A model generated the notes under the pieces. That model searched no databases. It was given only the letters and a program-made list of their open reading frames with translations, and had not been told where the DNA came from. DNA of 64,000 nucleotides from Takakia lepidozioides (lineage: Eukaryota > Plantae > Bryophyta): positions 20,646,001 to 20,710,000 of the forward strand of contig CM060733.1 in the NCBI GenBank assembly GCA_030704615.1, given 5' to 3'. Below are positions 13,501 to 24,396 of the stretch, piece after piece. The translations under genes were made by a program, and so were the position numbers. How positions within the stretch are numbered: the first letter of the stretch is position 1; the number at the start of each line of letters is the position of its first letter.

Positions 13501-14321
13501 CTAGCATGAAATCCAACTTCAGTGTCTTCTCATCCGATACAGGGAGTTGTCATACAGCAGGACATGAGATCAGATGGTATTGTGGTCAGCCCTGTCATGG
13601 GTCAATGCCCCTACGGTGGTGGGCAAGGAGTACCTCACAGAAAATTATGAGGTGTGGGATTGATGGTGACAGGGTGCGAGCGCTAGCAGATCGTGTGGTG
13701 TTCCGGGAGGCAAATTTACAAAATGGTACACCCTCCTTATTTCTATCCCGTCTTGATTTACATGCAAACCTATCATTTTATCCATTCTTTATTTGATCAT
13801 CTGCTTCTCTTTGTGTTCTAACATGGGTATTGCTCGACTCACTCCGTCTGTTGTGCGTCGTTCTTTGAGGTTCCCATGGACATTGTGAAGTTCCTTTCCT
13901 CTCCTTTGTTTTCACTAAAGCGGACCAAGTTTTTCTGTTGGGTGCATGCAGCCAACTTCACAAATGCAATACTGAATGGCTCCCAGTTTGACGGTAACCT
14001 TTCTGTCTCCATACTTCAGCTTGTGATCTGCCTGTGTGGCTGTTCTTGTGATTGCTATGCACTTCTGTTATGCGCTGCTGTGCTTCTGCAGACCATTTCT
14101 TCCTTCACTTGTTGTTGAGAACTAAATATGGAAGGCTGTAGCCACACACATTCGTGTTGTACAGCTTCAAATTGTGATTTTCATTTACAGGGGCAGATAT
14201 CACTGGAGCAGATTTCACTGATGCGCTTATGGATAATTATCAGCGGTTGAAGATGTGCAAGAAAGCTAAGGGCACTAACCCTACTACAGGTGTGGAGACC
14301 CGAGAGAGTTTGTTTTGTTAG
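10511..14321 (+). CDS. Thylakoid-lumen-type pentapeptide repeat protein (TL20.3/Rfr-like), multi-exon
   Basis: Phase-consistent GT-AG exons 12344-12439, 13104-13203, 13673-13725, 13952-13993 and 14191-14321 give QSYDHADMRGADLSGKDLHGAVFAACDCRQIKLKGSNMDGTTDTFAGFQGGDMQDTSWVRALADRVVFREANLQNANFTNAILNGSQFDGADITGADFTDALMDNYQRLKMCKKAKGTNPTTGVETRESLFC*. This has A(D/N)xxx pentapeptides and the C..A.GTNP.TGV.TR.SL.C cap. Putative 5' exons 10511-10549 and 10779-10907 look like a transit peptide. Exons between 10.9 and 12.3 kb are uncertain. Confidence 0.85.
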
Positions 14322-14649
14322 ACTCATTATTGCAAGTCTCAAGTCTCTCTAAAGATTATTTGTGGAGTTAAGAGGAGTGGTTATGACAAGATCACACCCC
14401 CAAACTGAGACTGACTGTTCTGTAGGCTTGAAAATTTTCCTAGAAATAAGGAAGAACCTGGGTGCAGAGTGCTCCTTTGTTAGCAAAAGTTCAATATGGA
14501 ATGTTTGACACTTACCGTTGTGCTATGAATGAAATAGACTAAGCACATCTCCTACATAAATAGTGAATGACGGAGACAAGTTTTAAATCATGAAACATAC
14601 TACGGGAAAGTGGACTATGCCGATATACAACAGTTTATTTGGTAAGTTC

Positions 14650-17600
14650 ATACATGACTTTCCTGCTGCTGTACACTGATAATTTCATCAAATGATACAT
14701 CAGGAAAAAGATCGCCACACATGTTGCCACAACTATAGCAAGACTCCACCTTGATTTGTTCTTGAACGCCTGCACTAAGGCAAAGGACCCAGTTTGTGAC
14801 AATGCGCTTATCTGAATACCATCTACACCATAAGATGGAACTCAATGCAATTATGTTGTTTAGAAGTCAATAGTGCTAACAGCATAGTGCAGAGTATGGT
14901 ACACTCTACTTACCCTTACAAACCGATCCATAGTTCCTGACAGTACCCTCTCGAGGAATCCATATCATTTCCCTGCAGTTTGCCAATGTGCATACATTTG
15001 GCAATCATGCTACACAATTGAACAGTGAAACAAGGGAATAAATCACATCATAGATATAGACCTCACACTGTAGGCATACAAGTCCAGTCATCCCACCACC
15101 CGCCTGCTGAAGAGCTCACTCTCAAATCTGCAAGCAAGTAGAAAATGGAGGGTAGAGGACAAGGACCATACGATCCAGCATGCGGTTTTGGCTGTCCCAC
15201 CTCCTCGTGAATGTCCGTTTTCAAGTGGAACACCCTCACATCTGTGGTGTTATTGAGCAAATCGAGTATTTGCTTACCCAAACACAAGCCTCCATAAGAA
15301 GACAGCTCGAGTCTCTAGCGACAAAAGTTATAACCACAAAATATGATCCTAGTCTTAACGCAACTGTGTCTTGCACACTCCGAGAACACACGAACAAACA
15401 CCAAACATGAGCAATTTGGGAAGCTGAGAAAAGCAAAGTTCATCATATCTCATGCTGCAGATTCATCATAGTATAAATAACAGATTGCTCATTGTTCCTG
15501 CATTCTGTTCACAAAAGTCGTCACTAGTAGTGTGGAGCAAAAACAAAGCTCTAGATTTATTCTACCGACGACTGAAGGTCGGAGACTAGTTTAGCGTAGA
15601 GCAGGAATAGGGTGCCATAGTGCCACGTCGTCGCCACGCCATCGTCGTCAGCCACGTCATCTTCGTCATGTCTTTTGGACGTGCCAACAAAACCAAAAAC
15701 TCAAGCTGCGGTGTTTCATGGACAGAGCAGGGGTAGCACCTCCACCATCACTACTACTGCTTTTGAAACAAGACCAAGAGAGCTAGTCAATAGGAACCCT
15801 TCGAGTGCCTGTGAGGATGTGAGGGCACTCTGTAAGGAAGGACGACTAAAGAGGCGCTGCGCATTGTGAACCAAGGAGGCGATTGGGCACACCAAAAGCT
15901 CACCCCAAACAAGGTGACATTCGTCTGCGTTCTTCGTGCGTGTGGGAGCCTCCAAGCTCTTGAAAAGGGCACAGAGGTACATGCTAACATCATCAAAGCT
16001 GTAATTGGGTCAGATATCATTCTGGAGACAGCCCTTACTTTCATGTATGCTAAATGTAGAAGCGTTAAGGAAGCGCGGAAAGTGTTTGACAATATGACTC
16101 AACAAGATGTGGTCTCTTGGAACGCCATGATCGCGAAATATGCTCAGCATGGGTATGATAGGGAGGCTCTGGAGATCTATGAGAAAATGGTACTGGAAGG
16201 GGTGATACCCGACAGGGTCACGTTTACGTGTGTGCTCAGCGTGTGCCTGGAAAAGGGCAAAGAGGCCCATGCTCACATCATCAAAACTGGATTTTTGCAA
16301 GACATCTTTCTGGAGACTGCCGTTGTCGAAATGTATGCCAAATGTGGAAGCATGAAGGATGCACTGGAAGTATTTGACAAAATGGCTGAACGGGATGTGA
16401 TTTCCTGGAACGTCATGCCCAGCAGGGTTGTGGCACAGAGGCCATTAAAATCTAGGATAGAATCCAACATGAAGGTTGATGCCCGACATGGCCACATTCA
16501 TTTGTGTTCTCAATGCTTGTGCCAGCATGGTGGCCCTGCAGAAGGGTAAAGAGATCCATGCTGACATTATCAAAGCTGGAATTCCGTCATGTACTCATTG
16601 GGAGACTGCCCTTGTTAACATGTATGCCACATGTGGGAGTGTAAGGGAGGCCTGTTGTGTGTGCCTTCTACGCTCATCTCTGTAAATGCTGTGTATTCAG
16701 CTGGAATGCCTATGACGAGTAGGCCTTGTGATGGTACATTTGCTGAATGCCCAAAAGGCTGCATCTCTAAGTGCTGGGCACACCCTGGCGACATCCCATG
16801 GGCCCTTGTGGCCCTCTGTGGACAAAATCAAGTCCATTTCTTGTTTCCATCTCTCCATAGAATTCTGGTGCTGTCCTTCCAGTTGGTGACCAGAATGACA
16901 TAGTTTAATTTAGTCTAATATAGTAATCAGAGTTTACTAGGGTCTGACATTTGATATGCAGATGTTGATTTTCCACTTCCTTTGTATGTAGCTTGTTCAA
17001 GTACCGCAATGTGCAGGTGAACAAGCCATATCTTCCATTAGCTTCGGGTGAATATTCTTTAGCCACTGGGATAGCATCGGTGGCCATCTCTGCTGCCTTG
17101 GTACAGTCATCAACCATGCCTTTTCAATTTGTGTATCAGATAGCTGCTTATTGAGGCATGAAATGTTAATCTGTGACTGAAGACCTTCCAGCAGTTAATC
17201 TATGGGGCCCATTTAACGTTGTGAAGATTAATTGCCCTGGCAGAGCAGTGGAGGTAGTTAGCAGTATTGTTCAGGGTCCTCACTATTATATATAGCCAAT
17301 CTTGTTACCTTTCTTGGCACTCACTTTTCTACCCCGATGATAGACCGTTCAGGGGCTCGGTTCACTGGATGTACTGACATGAGATCTGTGTGTTGGCTGC
17401 AGAGCCTTTTCTGTAGGAGTCTATGTGGGATCAAGACCATTGCTTTGGGCTCTTACTGTCAGCCTGGTGTTGGGCACAGCAAACTCAGCCGGTGTTTTTC
17501 AGGAGCTCCTTCCTGCTTCACGACTAACGAATCAAGTCAGCATATATGCTCAGAGTGATGTTTTTCAAAGTTTTTACATGATTTTATTTCATGTATGCCC

Positions 17601-19593
17601 GGCTGCCACCTAGCAATTCATAACAACCACAGGCAATTGCCGATGGTGGTGTCACCTTGTCTGAAAGCATAGAGGAGCAAGAAACCACACTGCTAGCCCA
17701 GTATGTCCATGCTCTTTCTCTACCATTTCATACACGACATTCACAGATAAGAGATTTACCATCCTTCAACTGAGAACAGAAACTAGCACACCTCTGCCAT
17801 GCACCTGAGGTTATGTCCAGCAGCCAATGGTAGAACTCTGCTGAAGGCTGGGCCTACCCATGGCTTGTTTATTATTCAGAGGAGATGGTCACGCCTTTTA
17901 AGTTGGCCAACTTATTCAGGCTGATACTTGTAGCTCAACCTGCACTTTGGGCATGGTGCTATCATGGTGATCAGTTGTAGGATATATTTAGAGTCTAGCT
18001 GGTGGGAAAGTGATTGCCCGCTTGTAGATCTTTTGTGCTAAAACATTTCTCATCTCAAGAACTCTGGCATCTTAAAACACCTCGTCAGGGGTTCATCTAC
18101 ACAAATTGCACCAATGTGATGACAAGCTTTTCTTTACTGCTAACTGTGGAAATTTCTGGTTTACATTGTGAGATGATCGTATAAACCTGTTGGATTTTCA
18201 TAAAGGACATGCCATGTGGGACAGATTGGACCATGTTGATAAAGTGTTTTGGACACCTCAGCTTGCAAGTTACCTGCACACACGCACAATGAGTCTTCAA
18301 TCGCGCAGTGGGCTTAGGTGGTGAGGTGCAGCTGGTTGAAGCTCCGCTGTCCGTCCTGTGGGAAAATCACTGGACTCCATATTATATACCAATGTCTGTG
18401 TGTACCTCGCTACTGAAGTGGGGAAGTGATGAGAGGGAAGCTACACACAAAAATTTGGCACTAGCTGGCATCCTAAAGACTTGGAGCCATTGCTTTCAAT
18501 CGCCACTAAACTACTGCAATTGCATAGGCATCCCTCCATAGCCCAACTTATGATTGTATTCCTTACCAAGGTTCATCATTCAGAGCCAGTCTTTTGTACA
18601 TTCAACATCACTTGCCATTCATTCAACACATGTCCATGTATGTGGTAACTTATGTGACTCCAAATTTCTGCTGAATTCACTACAATAGTATGCAAGTAGT
18701 CCATGCGCATCTTGTGTGAGTGTGCTACTTCTGCATGCTGTCCCAAATTCAATCTGACATGTGACCATCTTGATTTGTTACATGTAATGTCTCCAAAGTT
18801 CAAACTCTCCTACTTACTGTATCCACCGAGATATCGTCCACGGGTTTGACTGCGAAAGAGAGATATAGCTCTATGAAGTCGTTGGCACATAAAGCGATGT
18901 AGCTTCACACCACCACTAGAATCATCACAAAACAGAGGATGCAATCTCGAAGAAACTTTTGAGCAAGGAACACCTCACTTTGGCCAACTTATTGTATGTA
19001 TCCAGTATCCACCACCGACTGAGCTATGGGGAGTCCTCAGCTGATGCCACGGGCTAGCTTTGCAAAATGCTCTCATCAACGAGGTACAATCAAAAGGCTC
19101 TCCAGGCCGTGCGCAACTCATGAGCACCGGTATCATATCGCATATGAAGAATCTAGCTCATTACAGTACCCAGGACTAACGTCCTACGGTAGCTCTTTGC
19201 CTGCTGGTCAATGTATTCCATGGGCAGGAGGCAGCTCTATAAGGCGAGTACCTGAGTTCGGAAAGTAGTACCGACATCATAATTCGTGAGTGGTGCGTGA
19301 TGTTACTCTCGAAGTTGCGAAATAGAACTGTAGCCTACGCCTAGTCTTCACTTTTGACAGGATGGAGTGATGTCCCTCGTACCAGCCTTGGTGGAGCTCG
19401 CAGCTTCACCGCAGGATGGAGCTGGAGCAGGTACAGTCCGTTTCGATTTGAAAAAATTCCGCAGAGAAAAAGCAGGTTTATGTGAATGGGATTTCTTCGC
19501 CGAGGGCTCTTCTGGGCCGGGGCTCGGACTCTGTGCTCGACCTCCCCTTCTGGCGGCTAGAACACTGAAAATCTCGGGTGCAAGCTGCTCCAT
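14650..19593 (-). pseudogene. Highly decayed P-class PPR gene relic, interrupted by the + strand PLS fragment
   Basis: Scattered PPR-like remnants on -: TSLMRAFCKA (~19060-19090), NTIISWAMEG (~18535-18560), ITMIAPCPKC (~17945-17972), LLMEACVWV (~15290), SMIAKCMHIGKL (~14975-15010). A plausible N-terminal ORF lies at 19348-19593. Confidence 0.45.
15700..16655 (+). pseudogene. Truncated, frameshifted PLS-class PPR; paralogue of the gene at 20075-23041
   Basis: Shares the linker (STSTITTTAFETRPRELVNRNPSSACEDVRALCKEGRLK vs TSTTMTTAFDRGSREGVNKNYSGIWGDVRILCKGGQLK) and has similar L/S/P motifs. Frameshifts at ~15850 and ~16420-16475, internal deletions, no E/DYW. Confidence 0.85.
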
Positions 19594-20074
19594 TTTATTT
19601 ATAAACAGGAAGGAATGTCAAACACTCAAAACTTATGGATCCCCCCTACAACTTGAGCTCGCCGGCGGAATTTGGGAGTGACACAGAGAAATCTAGAAAT
19701 TCTACAGCAGCTCACCCCGACAAAGTGCTTAATTCAGTAACTCCAGCGAGAGACAGTGCTGGGAGAAGCTGAATCAGTCGCCTTATGAAGTGAGTAGCTT
19801 GGGGAACAAGTTCAGAAGTGTGAAGGCGTCGGGTATCAACCGTGCAGTGGCAGGAGTTGGCGTGAGGAAGACGACCTTCTAGATTTCGTTTAGTGTCGTC
19901 AGTTCAAGACATCTAACGGAAACACGGTCACAAGGTACTTGTCGTTAACAGAATCCCATCCCAGCTCTTCTCCTACGAAACCCAAGAGCCCCCACATCAC
20001 GCAGGGCCAGGCTATCGAGCAGAAATGTATGGGTGTCCAAATTGCCTATGCCGGGATCCTGACCCTTACGAGTG

Positions 20075-23041
20075 ATGGCAATGACACCATCCCTGCCTCC
20101 AGGGGCACCTAAGAAAGGTATAGAGACGTAATCTCTGCGAACTTTTTTTTTCCCCATTTTGTGCAATTAGAAGGTGCAAAAGATCTATGTTTAGGCACTG
20201 CACTGCTCAAGCCATCAGGCCCGGGAAGTTCCTGCAGTTTCTTGCATGCAGGTCAAGCAATGAGCAAAGAGGTGCTCTGGCAGGAGTTCCTGTCAGATCC
20301 TTCACAGTGGTGGAACAACAGGTTTGACAAGGTGAGTCTATCTTCAAAGAGAATCAACAATCTCGGTTTTTACTGTTGCCAAGGTAATCTGAAAGTTCGT
20401 TGTTCCAGGTTGTGCCATGTTTTTGGCAGATACTTGGAGCTGTGGGTGGTTGTAGCCTGGATGTGCAAGGCTGTATGGTTGCTCAGCTGCCCACTGGTGC
20501 TGTTCACAGAAAAGTCCAAGATTGCCAGACTCGAGACCTGAGCGCACGAAAGAGGGCCTTTGGATCGAGGGTTGGTGGAACCCTCCTTGGGTGAAAGGAG
20601 AGCTATTTGCCATGGTACAAGAGCAACCACAACCTGGTCATGGTTTTAAAGTCCATGTACACTATGGAGCTCCAGTCCGAGAAGACAATGGGTATTGTTT
20701 TGATAATACCTTTAACAGAGACAGTGGGTACAGTTCATTGTCAAAATGAATTACTGGAGTAGTTGTTAACGTGTAGAAGGAGCCGGTCTTTTGGAAAAGA
20801 TCTTTCTTTCAAGTATCTAGGAGCCTTGACATATGTTGTGTAAAGGTCTTTAACTAGAGCTTTGAGTCATGCAGGACCGCAGAGTTGAATCAGGGACAGT
20901 TGTTTAATTCAGACACCTCCACCACCATGACCACTGCTTTTGACAGAGGATCTAGAGAGGGAGTCAACAAGAACTATTCTGGCATTTGGGGGGATGTGAG
21001 GATACTGTGTAAGGGAGGACAACTGAAGGAGGCGCTGCGCGTTCTGAACCAACAAGGCATTTCTGCAGACTCCAATACTTACATTGGTCTCTTGCAAGAG
21101 TGCAGCAAAATTAAAGACCTAGCAGCCGGGAAGCACGTGCATGCCCACATCATCCAAAATGGATTTAAGCCAAACGTCACTGTACTCAACACCCTTCTCA
21201 ACATGTATGCTAAGTGCGGGACCATGGTGGATGCACGCCAAGTGTTTGACAAAATGCCTGAACGAGATGTGTGTACGTGGACTATAATGATGGCAGGATA
21301 CGCCAAGCATGGTAAGGAGGCTTTTGAAATCTACGAGCAGATGATAAGGGAATCAGTGATGCCCAACAGGGTTACGTTCATTTGCGCTCTCAATGTGTGT
21401 GCCAACCTAGGAGCCCTGGAAAAAGGCAAAGAGGTGCATGCTCACATCATCAAAGCTGGAGCTGCATCATATCTTAATTTGGAGAATACCCTTGTGAACA
21501 TGTACGCGAAATGTGGGAGTGTAAAGGATGCACGGCAAGTGTTTGACAGTATGGCTGTACGGAATGTGGTCTCCTGGAATGTCATGATTGTGGGATATGC
21601 TCAGCATGGGTGTGGTTGGGAGGCTTTTGAGATCTATGAGCAAATGATACAGGAAGGGGTGACACCCAATAAAGTCACATTCATTTGCATTCTCAATGCT
21701 TGTGCCAGCCTAGGGGCCCTGGAGAAGGGCAAAGAGGTCCACGCTGACATCAGGAAAGCTGGAATTGCATCTCATGTCATGCTGGACACTGCTCTTGCTG
21801 TCATGTATTCCAAATGTGGAAGTATGAAGGATGCTCGTCAAGTGTTCGACAACATGGCTCACCGAGATGTGGTATCGTGGAGTGCAATGGTGACAGGATA
21901 TGCCCAGCATGGGTGTGATAGGGAGGCTTTTGAGATGTATCGGAAAATGCAAGGGGAAGGAATGATACCTGATAAGGTCATGTTCATTTGTGTGCTCAAT
22001 GCATGTGCAAGTCTGGAAGCCTTTGAAAGGGGCAAAGAAGTGCACATGGACATCATCAAAGCTGGAATTATGCCAGATATCTTTCTGGAGACTGCTCTTC
22101 TTGAAATGTATGCCAAATGTGGGAACATGAAGAATGCACGTCAAGTGTTTGACAATATGGCACAAAAAGATGTGGTCTCATGGAATGCAATGATGACAGG
22201 ATATGCTCAGCATGGGTGTGGTAGTGAAGCTTTGAAGATGTACAAGCAGATGATACAGGAAGGGGTGACACCCAACCAGGTCACGTTCATTTGTCTTCTC
22301 AATGCATGTGCCAGCCTGGCAGCCTTGGAAAGGGGCAAAGAGGCCCATGCTGACATCATGAAATCAGGAATTCCAGCGTCTATTAATCTGGAGAATACCC
22401 TTATCAACATGTATGCCAAATGTGGCAGCTTAAAGGATGCACGTCAAGTGTTTGATAAATTAGTTCAACGAAATGTGGTCTCATGGAATGCAATCATCGC
22501 AGGATGTACTCAGCATGGGCGTGGTCAGGATGCCCTCCAACTATATGAACAAATGCAACAGGAAGGCTTGAAGCCAGATGGCATCACTTTTTTATGTCTT
22601 ATCTCTGCATGTAGCCATGTGGGCCTAGTGGAGGAAGGCTGTCACTACTTTGATTCCATGATTCAGGATCATGGCCTCACTCCTGCAGTGGAGCATTTGG
22701 GCTGCATGGTGGACCTGCTCGGCCGTGGAGGGCGACTGGATGAGGCAGAGGATTTCATTAGCAAAATGCCAATAGAACCAGATGTCTCAGTATGGGGGGC
22801 CTTTCTTGGTGCCTGCAGAATCCATGGGGATTTGGAGCGAGCAGAACGCGTGGCAAAGCTCCGTCTCAAGTCAGATCCACAGTATGCTGCCACTTATGTG
22901 CTGCTATCAAACATTTATGGTTCCGCTGGCAGGTGGGACGATAAAGCGAAGGTGAGGAAAATGATGGACAACAGAGGTGTCAGAAAGGAGCCAGATCCCA
23001 GCTGCATTGAGGTCGATGCATTCTTGGTAGAAGACAATTGA
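20075..23041 (+). CDS. PLS-class PPR protein (E subclass) with an N-terminal OSB-type PDF motif
   Basis: Exons 20075-20117, 20252-20331, 20510-20691 and 20875-23041 all have GT-AG borders and compatible phases (1, 0, 2). They encode ...MSKEVLWQEFLSDPSQWWNNRFDK/KSPRLPDSRPERTKEGLWIEGWWNPPWVKGEL..., then an uninterrupted L-S-(P-L-S)x4-P2-L2-S2-E1-E2 array. The start codon is uncertain. Confidence 0.8.
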
Positions 23042-23372
23042 CACCCGCCAATTAAGGAAATCCATGCTGAGCTGGAGAGATTGTCTGGCAGGATGATGGA
23101 GACTGGATAAGTGCCGGACATGTGCTTTGTATTGCATGATGTGGAGGAGCAAAAGGAGATTTCACTTTTCCTCCACAGTGACAAGCTTTTGGCCTCAATA
23201 GCACACCCCCGGGGAATCCCATCCATATTATCAAGAGCCTTCAGGTGTTTGGTGACTGCCACACTGCCAGTTTTTCATATCAAAGATTGTTGGGCAATGA
23301 CTCATCATACGGGATGCCAGCCGCTTTCACCATTTCCAAGACAGTGTTTGTCCTTGTGGGGATTACTGGTGA
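22990..23372 (+). pseudogene. Decayed DYW (PG-type) cytidine deaminase domain of the preceding PPR gene
   Basis: PDPSCIEV (PG box), TGA 23039-41, TAA 23108-10, HSDK instead of HSEK, then a frameshift to FGLNSTPPGNPIHIIKSLQVFGDCH (CxxC lost), then a frameshift to [31 protein letters not shown] ending at 23372. Confidence 0.9.
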
Positions 23373-23602
23373 AACAAGTAACATCCAATGAAATGAAATG
23401 ATAGCAACCTGGAAAGCTCGAGCTTTGAGACAAGAGAAAGCATGAAACAAGAAAGAGAGAGGGGCCCTCCACAAGCAGCCCAAAACCCACTACTGTTCAA
23501 GGGCTTGAAAGTCTCTCATGAAAAAATTGAGAGAGGATTATACAATACCTTTAGGTTGTAAAGCAAAGAGTTAAGTTGAAAGCAATAATCTGTATCATTT
23601 AA

Positions 23603-24396
23603 CCCTCAAGTTCCCAAGCCCTTTTTTGACTTTTTACCAATTTTGGGTACCCAGCTGCAGTAAATTGCCCCTAGAAACCTACCCAAAATCATCCAGAGGT
23701 TCGCCTTATAGCAATGGGCCCAGCTCATTTATGCATGACATACCAAAAAAGGAGCCAAGTCCACCTGTGGAAATTGTGAGATTATAGCGCTGGCCCAGAC
23801 CTCAAATATTGAGAAAGAAATTGGTTTGACCATATCAAAATCTAGCTTTATCCAATTTTGCTTGCCCCAAGACCCACCATTTCCAAATCAATAGTGGAGT
23901 GGCTATGACCCCACTAAATTGATTTTTTCTTCACCTATGCTTGCTATGCATGCAATTACATGGGGGTTGAAATCTCAAAATTGACAAGAGAAAATGTGCC
24001 TCCAAATGAAGTACTTTTTTTTCTACAAATTTTTTGAAAGCCAATGGTGGATGTGTGTATGTAATGCTCACACACCACAAGGTGAAGTGTTTTTTCCAAA
24101 ATTGCTAATTTTCTGCCAAAAATGGCCTTTGGAGTGCAATCTGTTTTGGGCTTGTTTACCTGCCACGTCAGCGGTCAACAAGCCCTTTTCAGGCCCAAAA
24201 CGTAAAAATGAGATCTAAGATATTTTTAGTAGGTCGCAGCTTTTGTTTTTTTTTAGTTTTGTTTTTTTGCATCATACTCCAGACAAATCCCTTGTCATTA
24301 AAGCTTCAGGAGTGGGCCCCATCATATTAGATCTGCAAAAATTAGGTCGAACTCAAATTCAAAGTGACCCATTCATGTCGCTTGGGAACTTAAGGG
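23603..24396. mobile_element. piggyBac-like non-autonomous element (MITE)
   Basis: TTAA at 23599-23602 and 24397-24400. TIRs CCCTCAAGTTCCCAAGC and rc CCCTTAAGTTCCCAAGC match at 16/17, with CCC...GGG termini. Confidence 0.75.

Noticed and set aside
16905-17117. YSPEANG resembling the retroviral integrase motif
   Set aside because: No other integrase motifs nearby, and it lies within the decayed PPR relic.
20885-20887. ORF-track start (TTG) of the 718-aa PPR
   Set aside because: Non-ATG. An AG acceptor at 20873-74 in the correct phase indicates an internal exon.
20909-22893. Antisense ORFs overlapping the PPR gene, and most other 60-130 aa ORFs in the track
   Set aside because: Shadow frames of repetitive coding sequence or chance ORFs with no recognisable motifs.
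22990-23372. KP-type (U-to-C) DYW variant, or stops repaired by RNA editing
   Set aside because: Remnants are PG-type (HSxK, terminal DYW). The locus is nuclear and has frameshifts that base editing could not fix.
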